Positions 1 to 10,402 of a stretch of 64,000 nt of DNA are shown here, one piece after another (the first letter of the stretch is position 1; every line of letters starts with the position of its first letter). This DNA comes from Calditrichia bacterium (GTDB lineage Bacteria; Calditrichota; Calditrichia; JAJRVZ01): NCBI GenBank assembly GCA_963796965.1, contig CAWCNS010000011.1, forward strand, positions 480,001 through 544,000, read 5' to 3'. Under the pieces are notes generated by a model. The model searched no databases, was not told the origin of the DNA, and worked only from the letters and a program-made list of their open reading frames with translations. The position numbers were made by a program, and so were the translations under genes.

Positions 1-637
1 TTTATGGGGCATCCGTCAATCCAGCTTAGCAAAAACATTATTTCCCCTCGGCGAGTTAACGAAACCTGAAGTTCGTGATTTAGCCCGTAAATATGATCTT
101 TCTACTGCAGAGAAGAAGGAAAGTCAGGAGATTTGCTTTATCCCCGATAATAATTACCACCGCTTGTTAAAAACAGTTTATCCGGATCTTGATAAAAACG
201 TGGGTAAAGGCAAGATGATCGATGTACAGGGTAATAATGTCGGCCAACATCAGGGGTATCCTTTCTATACCATTGGTCAAAGAAAGGGTTTAGGTGGTGG
301 ATTTTCTGAGCCGGTCTATGTCGTAGATATCAATGCTGAGAAAAACAATATTACCATAGGTAATAAAAATGCCTTATATTGCGAGAAGTTTATCGTGGAT
401 CAGATCAATTTGGTCAGTCAGGAGAGGATTGACCAGGCAATTAAAGCACATGTTAAGATTCGTTATAACGATGAGGGACATCCCAGTACCTTGCACCCTC
501 TTAAAGATGGAAAGATTCACATTAAATTCGATACTCCTCAATTAGCCGTTACACCGGGTCAATCCGCTGTGTTTTTTTCTGGTGAGAAAATCATTGGAGG
601 AGGAATTATTGAAAAACGTTTCGATCAGCGCGGTTGA
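1..637 (+). CDS. mnmA: tRNA 2-thiouridine(34) synthase, C-terminal part (5' end outside window)
   Basis: Frame open from position 2: LFPLGELTKPEVR...KKESQEICFIP, then YTIGQRKGLG, KIRY and AVTPGQSAVF...IGGGII motifs. Confidence 0.95.
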   Translation, partial: LWGIRQSSLAKTLFPLGELTKPEVRDLARKYDLSTAEKKESQEICFIPDNNYHRLLKTVYPDLDKNVGKGKMIDVQGNNVGQHQGYPFYTIGQRKGLGGGFSEPVYVVDINAEKNNITIGNKNALYCEKFIVDQINLVSQERIDQAIKAHVKIRYNDEGHPSTLHPLKDGKIHIKFDTPQLAVTPGQSAVFFSGEKIIGGGIIEKRFDQRG

Positions 638-700
638 TTTTATTAAAAGTGCTACATTTAGGAACCTATTCCAGCACTCCATAGTTAAATATAAAAAAAG

Positions 701-729
701 TTGACTTTGAGGCTTTCGCTTAATATTTT
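701..729 (+). promoter_or_regulatory. sigma70-like promoter
   Basis: TTGACT-17 nt-TATTTT upstream of GAAGGA RBS and ATG 761; the ORF-track TTG start at 701 is this -35 box. Confidence 0.5.
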
Positions 730-760
730 CTATACAAAATATACTGTGAAGGATTACCAA

Positions 761-1282
761 ATGAAGTATATGAAACACATCACTCTTCTACTCATAGTTT
801 TACCAATACTTGGTTTTGCACAATTAAAAACAAATGTCACTAAACCCAATATTTCGGAAACACTTGAAACAGGTACAAGCAATGATGCTTTTGTAGGATT
901 TCTTGATCCTTCTCGCATTCATATGAGCCACAGTCTATCCATGTCCTATATGTCTTTTGGGGGGGGCGGCGCTGTAGTTAACTCATACGTAAATACACTT
1001 AATTATAAATTTTCAGATGATCTGTTTCTGACTACTAATATTGGCATTATGAACACGCCCTACAGTACACTCCCAGGCAACGAGGACCAAAATGGGTATG
1101 AGTTTTTTGGTGGGGCGGAACTGAAATATTTTCCAACCAAGAATTCTGCAATATATTTGAGAGTTGAAAAACTTCCTGGTTTATATTCTGGAAATTATTA
1201 TAACCGCTACGGTAATCCTTATCGTAGCTCCTTTAGTAATTCCTATAACAGCCCTTTTGACTACTCCCAACCAGAGTGGTAG
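761..1282 (+). CDS. Secreted hypothetical protein, beta-strand rich
   Basis: Signal peptide MKYMKHITLLLIVLPILGFA; RBS at 748-753; no recognised motif. Confidence 0.7.
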   Translation: MKYMKHITLLLIVLPILGFAQLKTNVTKPNISETLETGTSNDAFVGFLDPSRIHMSHSLSMSYMSFGGGGAVVNSYVNTLNYKFSDDLFLTTNIGIMNTPYSTLPGNEDQNGYEFFGGAELKYFPTKNSAIYLRVEKLPGLYSGNYYNRYGNPYRSSFSNSYNSPFDYSQPEW

Positions 1283-1337
1283 GGGAAATTAAAAAATTGA
1301 CATTCATTTCTAAACACCATCCCACCTTAATAATATT

Positions 1338-1461
1338 AAATGTCAAAATCTTAATTTCAAATAAATTCCCAAATTCCAATTTAATTGAAATTCAGGTAAA
1401 AGTATTAATAATTAAGTCATTGTGACTTTATTTGGCATTTGGGCTTGGGTATTTGACATTT
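1338..1461. repeat. Inverted pair of heptamer-periodic arms (AAATGTC-type)
   Basis: Left arm aaatgtc aaaatct taatttc...aaattcc; right arm ggcattt gggcttg ggtattt gacattt. Confidence 0.7.
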
Positions 1462-1487
1462 ATTTTAATCTCATATCTTAGTAATGT

Positions 1488-1515
1488 CTTTGCGGCTTTG
1501 CGCCTTTGCGTGAGC
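1488..1515. repeat. 8-nt periodic triple repeat, solo right arm
   Basis: ctttgcgg ctttgcgc ctttgcgt gag. Confidence 0.75.
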
Positions 1516-1579
1516 TCAATGAAGCTGCGTTATAATAATTTATTTTGATTAAAAATAGATATCATATTAAATTACGGTC

Positions 1580-2235
1580 TTGTATAGACAGAAATTAAAT
1601 CCGTTTAATAACAACAAAATACGGCAAACATTTGCGCAGAAAAAGAAGACAGTCAACCCAGATAACACGTAAAAAAAGTATTCAGGAATCAGCTGTTACC
1701 TCGTATGTTCCACCTCCCAAATCCGGAGGTAACGGTCGAAAGGTCTTATATTTTATCATTACGATTGCTCTTTTAGCAGTTGTGAGCTGATTATCTTTAC
1801 GACTTAAGTTTTATAGATGAGAGGTCTCCCAACTCTGAACAAGTAGTAAACAATGAAAACGAGAGCATTGCAACTGGGGACAGTTCTGACCAACCCCTCT
1901 CGCAAGAAGAACCTCCACCGTTTGAACATAAAATCCAGATCGAGATATTAAATGGATGTGGAAAAACCGGTGTCGCTAAAATATTTCAGAGATATCTGCG
2001 TGACCAGGGATTTGATGTTGTTAATACTGAAAACTATGTGAAGAATGGTAAAGTATTTTGGCAGTTAGAAAAATCTTTTGTAATCGATCAGATTGGTGTG
2101 GAATCACAGGCCAAACTTGTGGCGAAATCACTCGGTATTCCCATAGAATATGTTGAAAGCAGACAAAATCCTAATGCTATTTACGACGTGAGTGTCGTGA
2201 TCGGAAAGGATTATAAAAAACTCATATCAGAGTAA
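1580..2235 (+). CDS. LytR C-terminal (LytR_C) domain membrane protein, frameshifted in the 5' part; start approximate
   Basis: In frame from 1921: KIQIEILNGCGKTGVAKIFQRYLRDQGFDVV...DVSVVIGKDY; TM segment encoded near 1745-1790 in another frame; typical position before rsfS. Confidence 0.7.
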
Positions 2236-2369
2236 TAAAACACACAAACCGTCAAATCATAATAAGTCGTGATATCCCCTCAATGATATTATGTGGAAGT
2301 TCTAAAGTACTCATATTTGCTTCCCGGCGGCTTTACCCATCAAACATTTAAAATTAAATTGAATTATAT

Positions 2370-2729
2370 ATGGAAGCAAAAGAATTAGCCTATAAAATAG
2401 CCCACTTGGCCTTAGAAAAAAAAGCAAAACAGATAGTAGTCATAGATCTGGATGGTGTAAGCAGCATTTCTGATTATTTTGTACTCATGAGCGGCGAATC
2501 AGATACCCAGATAAAAGCTATTGCTGATCATATTTCCAAGGAACTTAGGCAGCAAAAGATCAGGACCTATCATAGTGAAGGATTTAAATCCTTAAGATGG
2601 GTGCTTTTGGATTATGTGGATGTAGTTGTGCATGTTTTCAGACCTGAAGCCAGAGAATTTTATGGTTTAGAACGTCTCTGGGGGGATGCAAAAATTGATT
2701 TTATAATGGATGAAGAAAATGAAGGCTGA
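2370..2729 (+). CDS. rsfS: Ribosome silencing factor
   Basis: KKA..IVVID, DYFVL.SG, WVLLDYVDVVVHVF, R.FYGLERLWGDA. Confidence 0.95.
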   Translation: MEAKELAYKIAHLALEKKAKQIVVIDLDGVSSISDYFVLMSGESDTQIKAIADHISKELRQQKIRTYHSEGFKSLRWVLLDYVDVVVHVFRPEAREFYGLERLWGDAKIDFIMDEENEG

Positions 2730-4353
2730 AACCTATATCCGCAATGAGATTAATCGCTTTTTAAATGAAAAAGATATCGAGCAACTCCTGATTAAATTTG
2801 AAAAGCCTAAGCAAAAGCAGTTTGGTGATCTATCCTCAAATTTAGCCATGCAACTTGCCGGAAAATTAAAATCAAGTCCCCGACAGATAGCAGAAGAGAT
2901 AAAATCCTTTATTAAAATTGATCCTCAATTTTTAAATAAAATCGAAGTTGCAGGTCCTGGATTTCTCAATTTTTACCTCGCTTCCGAATCACTCTACACC
3001 CAACTCCAGGGTCTCCTTCAGGAGAAAAATAACTTTGGTCGTTCCAATATAGGTGCGGGTACAAAAACCCAGGTAGAATTTATTAGCGCAAATCCAACCG
3101 GTCCATTAACGATTGGGCATGGAAGACAGGCCGTTCTCGGTGATACCATTGCCCGTCTTCTGGAAGAAATCGGCTATAATGTTACCAGGGAGTACTATTT
3201 TAATAATGCAGGCAGACAGATGCGTATTCTTGGCGATTCTGTTCGTCTGCGGTATCTACAACTATTAGGAGATGATGTTGAATTTCCCGAAGACTATTAT
3301 CAGGGTGATTATATAACAGATATTGCAAAACAAATTCTCGAAGACAAAGGAGACGAACTTCGAGAGGAAACAGATGTAACCCTATTTAAAGATAAAGCTG
3401 AAGAAGAAGTATTCAATGACATAAAAACCACGATCTCCCGCCTCAACTTTCACATGGATACTTTTTATAATGAAAAGTCTCTCTATGATGAAGGAAAAAT
3501 AGAAGAAGTTATAACGCTGTTAAGAGAGAAAGAATTAGTCGATGAACGCGAAGGCGCTGTTTGGTTTTTAACGACAAAATTAGGTAAAGACCAGGACCGT
3601 GTCATCGTCAAAAGTACGGGAGAACCTACATACAGGCTCCCGGATATTGCCTATCACCGTGAGAAGTATAATCGTGGATTTGAGTTAATTATTGACATCT
3701 TTGGTGCTGATCACATAGATACATATCCTGACGTATTGCTCGCTGTCGAAGCCCTCAATTATGATCCCTCTAAAATAGTGGTCTTGATCCATCAATTTGT
3801 AACCCTGACGGAAGGAACTGAGAAAGTCAAGATGTCCACTCGTAAAGCCAATTTTATTACACTGGATGAATTGATGGATGAGGTGGGTGAGGATGTAACC
3901 AGATTTTTCTTTCTAATGCGTCATATGAACTCGCATCTGAATTTTGATTTGACCCTGGCAAAAACACAATCTGATGAAAACCCGGTATTTTATGTTCAAT
4001 ATGCCCATGCCCGGATTTGCAGCATCGTCAGATTTGGTCAGGAAAAGGGAATTGAATTTGATACTAATCCTGAGTTATCTTTGCTCAATACGGATGAAGA
4101 ACTTGATTTAATAAAACATCTCTTAGATTTTCCATCGACTATAAAATCAAGTGCTCTAAAATATGAACCTCATCGTCTGGTGCATTATCTTATCGACACC
4201 GCAACGCTCTTTCATAAATTTTACACTGAATGTCGTGTTATTACCGACGATATTAAACTTACACAGGCAAGACTTGCCCTCTGTGAAGCAACAAAAATTA
4301 TCATTGCAAATGGAAGTAAAATTCTCGGTATAAATGCCCCGGAACGAATGTAA
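2710..4353 (+). CDS. argS: Arginine--tRNA ligase
   Basis: EFISANPTGPLTIGHGR, KMSTRKAN, YVQYAHARICS, C-terminal APERM. Confidence 0.97.
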   Translation: MKKMKAETYIRNEINRFLNEKDIEQLLIKFEKPKQKQFGDLSSNLAMQLAGKLKSSPRQIAEEIKSFIKIDPQFLNKIEVAGPGFLNFYLASESLYTQLQGLLQEKNNFGRSNIGAGTKTQVEFISANPTGPLTIGHGRQAVLGDTIARLLEEIGYNVTREYYFNNAGRQMRILGDSVRLRYLQLLGDDVEFPEDYYQGDYITDIAKQILEDKGDELREETDVTLFKDKAEEEVFNDIKTTISRLNFHMDTFYNEKSLYDEGKIEEVITLLREKELVDEREGAVWFLTTKLGKDQDRVIVKSTGEPTYRLPDIAYHREKYNRGFELIIDIFGADHIDTYPDVLLAVEALNYDPSKIVVLIHQFVTLTEGTEKVKMSTRKANFITLDELMDEVGEDVTRFFFLMRHMNSHLNFDLTLAKTQSDENPVFYVQYAHARICSIVRFGQEKGIEFDTNPELSLLNTDEELDLIKHLLDFPSTIKSSALKYEPHRLVHYLIDTATLFHKFYTECRVITDDIKLTQARLALCEATKIIIANGSKILGINAPERM

Positions 4354-4364
4354 CAGGAGAGAAT

Positions 4365-5264
4365 ATGCAGATTTTAGTAGTAGGATCCATTGCTTTTGAC
4401 ACCGTGGAAACGCCTTTGGCTTCAGTAGAAGACTCACCAGGTGGTTCAGCTCTTTACTTTAGCAACGCAGCTGGCTTTTTTGCACCGGTAAATGTTGTCG
4501 GCGTTGTTGGATCCGATTTTGATTTATCTAAAATCCAGTTGGCCAATAGCCAGTCCATCAATTTTGATGGACTCTATTCTGAAAACGGCAAGACCTTCCG
4601 CTGGGGTGGGCGTTACTATGAGGATCCAAATAAAAGGGATACTCTTTTTACCCATCTTAACGTCTTTGAAGATTTCCAGCCAAGAATACCAGAGGGTTAT
4701 AAGGAAAGTGAAATTGTTTTTCTTGCTAATATTGATCCTGATTTACAGTTGCAGGTATTAGAGCAAATGACAAATCCTGCCCTTGTCGTATTAGACACAA
4801 TGAATTTTTGGATCTCTGGTAAGCGAAGTTCTCTTGAAAAAGTAATATCAAAAAGTAATATCTTGATTGTTAATGATGAAGAAATAAAGCAGCTCACTGG
4901 CGTTGTCAATGTGATCAAAGGGGCTGAAAGTGTTCTGGATATGGGACCCGATGTTGTTATTATTAAAAAGGGTGAGCATGGCGCAGTTATGATGAGCAAA
5001 AATTCTTATTTTTCGGCTCCGGCATTTCCCGTATCAGAGGTAATTGATCCAACCGGGGCTGGTGATTCATTTGCGGGAGGATTGGTCGGATATCTCGCGA
5101 AAAATGGAAAATTTAACGATAGTGAAATACGTAAAGCCCTTATTTATGGGAGTGTTGTCGCTTCATTCAATGTGGAAGATTTTTCTTTTAAACGTCTGGT
5201 ATCACTTACCGAAGAAGATTTGAAGCAGAGATTTGAAAAATTTAAAGAGATAACTAACTATTAG
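4365..5264 (+). CDS. PfkB-family carbohydrate/nucleoside kinase
   Basis: GSIAFD, PGGSA, DPTGAGDSFAGG signature. Confidence 0.92.
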   Translation: MQILVVGSIAFDTVETPLASVEDSPGGSALYFSNAAGFFAPVNVVGVVGSDFDLSKIQLANSQSINFDGLYSENGKTFRWGGRYYEDPNKRDTLFTHLNVFEDFQPRIPEGYKESEIVFLANIDPDLQLQVLEQMTNPALVVLDTMNFWISGKRSSLEKVISKSNILIVNDEEIKQLTGVVNVIKGAESVLDMGPDVVIIKKGEHGAVMMSKNSYFSAPAFPVSEVIDPTGAGDSFAGGLVGYLAKNGKFNDSEIRKALIYGSVVASFNVEDFSFKRLVSLTEEDLKQRFEKFKEITNY

Positions 5265-5297
5265 TCAGTTATAAATTTTCTGATTCGGTCAATTTGT

Positions 5298-6446
5298 TTA
5301 TGCAGGATCATAAGGTAGAATTACAGTAAAAGTACTTCCTTTTTTTTCTTCACTTTCTACATGCAATTCGCCATGGTGGGATTCAAAAACCTCACGTGCT
5401 AGAGTTAATCCTAAACCAATACCCCCACCCATAAATTCAGTTTTAGATGTCATGTGGTTAATGACATTCTGAACCTCATAAAAAGGCTCAAAGACCAACT
5501 CAAGTTTATCACTTGGGATGCCCACACCATTATCTTTGACTTTGATAAAGAACTTCTTGTTCTCTTTTGCAATGGATGATTCTAATGAAACCGCGCCACC
5601 CTCTGGCGTAAATTTAAGAGCATTTTGCAATAATTCCCGCAGAGATCTCTTAATCTGTCCATCATCACCTTTTAGGGTGACGCCTTTGGTGTCAAACTTT
5701 GTTGTAAATTTAATTTTGCGTTTTTCGAAGAGAATCTTCATTTCCCGTGATATTACTTTGAGAATGCTCTCTATATCCACATCCGTTTCAACCATATTCT
5801 TCTTCCCATAATCAAAGGAAGAAATATCATGCATCTGCTCAACAATACTTACTAATTCACGCATGGTCCCCATCACAATTTCAATAGCCTCATTGATTTC
5901 TTTATTCCGGCTATCCTCAAGAAAATAATCGATTAACTCGATATACCCTTTTAATACGGTAACCGGGGTACGTAACTCGTGGTTTGTGATGGTAATAAAC
6001 TTATCTTTTAGTTCATTTAACTCCTTCAGACGCTGTGTTAAGGATCGCAGCTCTTCATTCTCACGCCGTGACTGAATCTGCTTAACACATTTCGACAAAA
6101 CGATACGCACATGTTCAATGTCGATTGGTTTGGCGAAATAATCATACGCCCCTACCTTCATTGCCTCGATAGCATTTTCAAGTGTGGCATATCCCGTTAT
6201 AACAATTACTTCAATATAGGGTTTCTTTTTCTTTATATATTTTAAAACATCTATACCATTCATTTCCGGCATATTGAGATCGGTAACGACTATATCATAA
6301 TCATTTTTTGTAATTCTCGCCATACCTTCCCGACCATTTGGCACGGATTCTACCTCATAGCCGAAAAATTCCAGCATATCATCATAGGATTGCCGAACTT
6401 GCGCTTCGTCTTCAATCACCAATATTTTTGCACTTTCAGAGGACAT
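5298..6446 (-). CDS. Cytoplasmic hybrid response regulator-histidine kinase (REC-HisKA-HATPase)
   Basis: VIEDE...TDLNMP receiver; NHELRTP H-box; NALKFT, DNGVG, GIGLGL. Confidence 0.92.
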   Translation of the reverse strand: MSSESAKILVIEDEAQVRQSYDDMLEFFGYEVESVPNGREGMARITKNDYDIVVTDLNMPEMNGIDVLKYIKKKKPYIEVIVITGYATLENAIEAMKVGAYDYFAKPIDIEHVRIVLSKCVKQIQSRRENEELRSLTQRLKELNELKDKFITITNHELRTPVTVLKGYIELIDYFLEDSRNKEINEAIEIVMGTMRELVSIVEQMHDISSFDYGKKNMVETDVDIESILKVISREMKILFEKRKIKFTTKFDTKGVTLKGDDGQIKRSLRELLQNALKFTPEGGAVSLESSIAKENKKFFIKVKDNGVGIPSDKLELVFEPFYEVQNVINHMTSKTEFMGGGIGLGLTLAREVFESHHGELHVESEEKKGSTFTVILPYDPA

Positions 6447-6469
6447 ATATCTCCAGTTTTCAGGGAAAA

Positions 6470-6718
6470 CTATTTGGTATTTTTGGGATATTTTGAAATT
6501 ATATTTCTAATTCTCTCCATTTCCTGATTCACGCTATTTAAATAACGCCTGGCTTTAGGATCTTCAGTACTGGTAGATTCATGGAGTAAAAATAATGATG
6601 TACTTAAAACATTTAATCGTGTTCTGAGTTCCTCAATCATCACATTGTACTCAGTGATTATATCATCACCGGCTCCGCCTGCATACTCACCATTGATATT
6701 TTCTGCGTGAACTGCCAA
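6470..6718 (-). CDS. Small helical protein resembling a His-less HisKA/DHp domain
   Basis: IEELRTRLNVLSTSLFLL...ARRYLNSVNQEMERIRNII; AAGGAAGGAAGG RBS before TTG. Confidence 0.6.
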   Translation of the reverse strand: MAVHAENINGEYAGGAGDDIITEYNVMIEELRTRLNVLSTSLFLLHESTSTEDPKARRYLNSVNQEMERIRNIISKYPKNTK

Positions 6719-6889
6719 CTACTGCCTTCCTTCCTTAATAAAATCCCACCATGAATATCTTTGTTTTCTATCATCATCGGTAGAATATCTACTTTTTAAA
6801 GTATTATCGTACCTTTTATTTAAAATCTTGAAGAGAAATGAAATATTTTTTATGGGGAGGGAAATCAGGAAATTGGGAATGCCCATTAT

Positions 6890-7013
6890 AAATGACAAAT
6901 GTCAAAGTCCAAATGTCAAATTAATGTCCAAATCCCAATGATCAGGCAGACAAATATATTTTGAATTGAGATTTGGGATTTTATTTGATATTTGGATTTA
7001 AGCAGTGGACATT
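6890..7013. repeat. Inverted pair of heptamer-periodic arms
   Basis: aaatgac aaatgtc aaagtcc aaatgtc...aaatccc; right arm gagattt gggattt...gatattt ggattt...gacatt. Confidence 0.75.
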
Positions 7014-7052
7014 ATTATGAATAACTAACGCATGAGCGCTTGATTACATAGG

Positions 7053-8414
7053 TTAGGAGGATGATATTTCATATTTTTTCAACTTTGACATAAAGGTGCT
7101 GCGATTGATTTTAAATTTCTGAGCTGTTTTCGCTTTATTTCCCCTATTTTTATCCAATTCAGACAGAATCAACTCCCTTTCATAAGATTCTACAGTGCTC
7201 ATTAAACCGTCTTCTTCATTATATTCTACCACCGCCGTTTGTTTCCGTGCGATTGTATCGGGAAAATCGTTCATTGTTAATATCGTATTCTTACTAAGGA
7301 CAATAGCCCGTTCCATATAATTTTCTAATTCCCGGATATTACCAGGCCAATCATACTCTTCCAGAGCCCGCAGTACTTCAGGTTCAATTTTAAGAATATT
7401 TTTTTTGTAGACCTCGTCAAATTTGTCAAGGAAATGAGAAACCAGAAGTTCAATATCATCCTTTCGTTCGCTCAGGGGCGGGACGTTGATTGGAATTACA
7501 TTAAGACGATAATACAGATCTTGCCGAAAGGAACCTTCACGAATTTTCTCATCGAGTTTTTGATTTGTGGCAGCAATGATCCGCACATCAACCTTAAGGG
7601 TTTCTGATCCACCTACACGCTCAAATTCCCCTTCCTGTAACACCCTTAAAAGTTTCACCTGCATACTAGGGGAGATTTCTCCAATTTCATCTAAAAACAG
7701 TGTTCCCTTATTGGCAAGTTCAAACCGTCCTACTTTATCTTTTATAGCGCCGGTGAATGATCCTTTGACATGACCAAATAATTCCGATTCCAATAAAGTT
7801 TCTGCTAGTACAGCACAATTTAGTTTGATAAAGGGTTTATTAACATTGGGGCTATTGTAGTGGATCGCGTTGGCTATAAGCTCTTTACCGGTACCATTTT
7901 CGCCTTGAATTAAAACCGTCGTTGCTGTTGGTGCAACATCATGAATAAGCTTAAACAACTCATTCATTTTCTCACTTTTTCCAATAATACTTTTGACATT
8001 AAATCTATTTGCCAACCTGCTTTTGAGGTACTCGTTCTCCTTTTCGAGATTCTTTAATTGAGCGATGGTTTCAACTTTTGCCAGGATTTCATCCAGTCGC
8101 AATGGTTTTAACACATAATCCTTAGCGCCCATTTTAATAGCTTCAACAGCTGTTTCAATTGTTCCGTGGGCGGTAACCATTATAACCGGTATATTGGGAT
8201 AATTTTTACTCAGGACTTCAAGCAATTGCATACCATCCATATCCGGCATTCGGATATCACTGATAACCATATCCGGATCTTCTTCACGGACAACAGTTAA
8301 GGCCTCCACCCCATTGGTTGCTGTCAGAGGTTCATAGCCGCGACTTTCAAACAATTCGCACATTAATTCTAGAACATCAACTTCATCATCGACAATAAGA
8401 ATTTTAGTTTTCAC
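7053..8414 (-). CDS. sigma54-dependent response regulator (NtrC/ZraR family)
   Basis: REC; GENGTGKE; ESELFGHVKGSFTGA; LFLDEIGE; WPGNIREL; Fis-type HTH. Confidence 0.95.
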   Translation of the reverse strand: MKTKILIVDDEVDVLELMCELFESRGYEPLTATNGVEALTVVREEDPDMVISDIRMPDMDGMQLLEVLSKNYPNIPVIMVTAHGTIETAVEAIKMGAKDYVLKPLRLDEILAKVETIAQLKNLEKENEYLKSRLANRFNVKSIIGKSEKMNELFKLIHDVAPTATTVLIQGENGTGKELIANAIHYNSPNVNKPFIKLNCAVLAETLLESELFGHVKGSFTGAIKDKVGRFELANKGTLFLDEIGEISPSMQVKLLRVLQEGEFERVGGSETLKVDVRIIAATNQKLDEKIREGSFRQDLYYRLNVIPINVPPLSERKDDIELLVSHFLDKFDEVYKKNILKIEPEVLRALEEYDWPGNIRELENYMERAIVLSKNTILTMNDFPDTIARKQTAVVEYNEEDGLMSTVESYERELILSELDKNRGNKAKTAQKFKINRSTFMSKLKKYEISSS

Positions 8415-8440
8415 AGAATTTCCCTTAAAATTATTTTATC

Positions 8441-8598
8441 TTTCGCGCAGCGACGCAACGACGCAGCGTTTTTTTTTACTAATAGACTTTTTTAAAATCT
8501 GAACAGGCTTATTATATTCCCTATCGGAGGTCTGATGCAACACTTCGGTTTATATAATTACAATTTATTCTCTGCGTCGCCGCGGCGCTGCGAGAGAC
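8441..8598. repeat. Inverted element with 3x8-nt arms
   Basis: tttcg cgcagcga cgcaacga cgcagcgt ... ctctgcgt cgccgcgg cgctgcga gaga around an AT-rich spacer. Confidence 0.8.
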
Positions 8599-8608
8599 AA
8601 ATATGTTA

Positions 8609-10048
8609 TTATTTTGAAGAAATAAAAGTAATGGCCGCATCGAGACGGCGTAAGACAGTCTCCTTGCCCAGGATAGAGATCACATCAAAAATTCCCGGGC
8701 TAACCGTCCGGCCAGTTAGAGCCAGGCGTATAGGATGAATGAGTTCCCCTGCTTTGACCTCAATTTTATCTGCCTGACTACGTATAACCTGTTCGATATT
8801 TTCCATATCAAATGGTGACAAATCACGGAGACAATCCCGAATCTTTCTGAGATACATTTGATACTTTGGATCAGAAAAGAATTTTTCGATACCCTTCTCC
8901 TCGTACTTTGCCGGATCTGTAAAAAAGAAGGTGCAGGCTTCATACATCTCAGGAATTGACTGCGCTCTGGTCTTAACCAAATCAATTAACTTTCCAAAAT
9001 CATCTCCCTTTTCAAGGATTGTTTGCTTTTCATCCTTACGTAGAAATGGCTCAAGGAGTTTTGTTAAGGACGAGCTTGATTGTTGAGAAATAAATTTCCC
9101 ATTTATCCATTTAAGTTTTTTCTCATCAAAAACCGCATTCTTTTTATTTATTCTATCAAGAGAAAAAATATCAATCAACTCTTCTCGTGTAAATATTTCT
9201 CTCTCATCACCCGGAGACCATCCAAGCAGACATAAGTAATTAAATAGAGCATCGGGTAAATATCCACTTTCCCTAAACTCTTCCACTGAGCTGGCCCCGT
9301 GTCTTTTTGACAATCGGCCCCCATTCTGCCCATGAATGAGTGGTAGATGGCCATATTTAGGCACAGGCCAGTCTAAGGCTTTATGGATCAATATCTGCTT
9401 CGGTGTATTGGAAAGATGATCATCGCCTCTGATAACATGAGTTACGCCCATATTATGATCATCCACCACAACAGCCAGGTGATAAATAGCACTTCCATTT
9501 GAACGCAGTATTACAAAATCATCTAATTCTGCATGATTTATGGTGATTCGCCCTCTTATATAATCATCAAAGACCGTCTCACCTTTTCCAATTCGTAAAC
9601 GTAAAACATATGGATCACCGGAATCTAATCTTCTATCGATCTCCTCCTGCTCGAGTTTGTCACAACGTCCATCATATAAAAAAGCCTTTTTTTCCGATTC
9701 AGCCTTTTTACGTTCAGCTTGTAACATATCTGCGCTGCAAAAGCAGTGATAAGCATTCCCTGACGCGAGAAGATTTTGAGCAACCCTGGTATAGCCATCC
9801 CCCTGTGTACTTTGGTAAACAGGCTCGCCATCCCAATTTAGATCAAGCCATTTCAAACTTTCAAGGATCTGATCTTTTGACACTTCAGTAGATCGCTTTG
9901 TATCTGTATCTTCTATGCGGAGAAGAAATTTCCCGCCAGATCCTTTGGCCAAAAGCCAATTAAATATGGCTGTTCTTGCACCTCCAACATGCAATACGCC
10001 GGTTGGGCTTGGTGCAAAACGATAGACAGGATTTGATTTTTTATCCAT
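8609..10048 (-). CDS. gltX: Glutamate--tRNA ligase
   Basis: RFAPSPTGVLHVG, LRIEDTD, VIRGDDHLSNT, RLSKRHG. Confidence 0.97.
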   Translation of the reverse strand: MDKKSNPVYRFAPSPTGVLHVGGARTAIFNWLLAKGSGGKFLLRIEDTDTKRSTEVSKDQILESLKWLDLNWDGEPVYQSTQGDGYTRVAQNLLASGNAYHCFCSADMLQAERKKAESEKKAFLYDGRCDKLEQEEIDRRLDSGDPYVLRLRIGKGETVFDDYIRGRITINHAELDDFVILRSNGSAIYHLAVVVDDHNMGVTHVIRGDDHLSNTPKQILIHKALDWPVPKYGHLPLIHGQNGGRLSKRHGASSVEEFRESGYLPDALFNYLCLLGWSPGDEREIFTREELIDIFSLDRINKKNAVFDEKKLKWINGKFISQQSSSSLTKLLEPFLRKDEKQTILEKGDDFGKLIDLVKTRAQSIPEMYEACTFFFTDPAKYEEKGIEKFFSDPKYQMYLRKIRDCLRDLSPFDMENIEQVIRSQADKIEVKAGELIHPIRLALTGRTVSPGIFDVISILGKETVLRRLDAAITFISSK

Positions 10049-10202
10049 TTTTTCAACTTGTGTATGAATTTTCGCCCCACTGGAAGGAATATGTCGTAGT
10101 TTTCAACACAATTTACATTTATGATTAAAATAATGCAAGATTTGAGAAATTTGGATTTTATTCTCTTCTACTATAATTTTAATAATATCAGGATTATTTA
10201 AC

Positions 10203-10370
10203 CTCTCGCAGAGACGCAAAAACGCAGAGAAAAAAATATATAGGAATCACAACTCCTCTTTCCTCTCCCAAAGTACAGAGTGGAATTCTGGTGTGATGAT
10301 TATAAACCATATCTACCCAGCAATGTTGGTTTATAATTTAACTTTGCGACTTGGCGTCTTTACGTGAGAA
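10203..10370. repeat. Inverted element with 3x8-nt arms
   Basis: ctct cgcagaga cgcaaaaa cgcagaga ... ctttgcga cttggcgt ctttacgt gaga. Confidence 0.8.
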
Positions 10371-10402
10371 GTACATTAATATACAAGCCAATTAAGGTGA
10401 AT

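Noticed and set aside
6720..7050. sigma54 promoter downstream of the first NtrC gene
   Set aside because: No TGGC-N7-TTGC match found by eye on the minus strand
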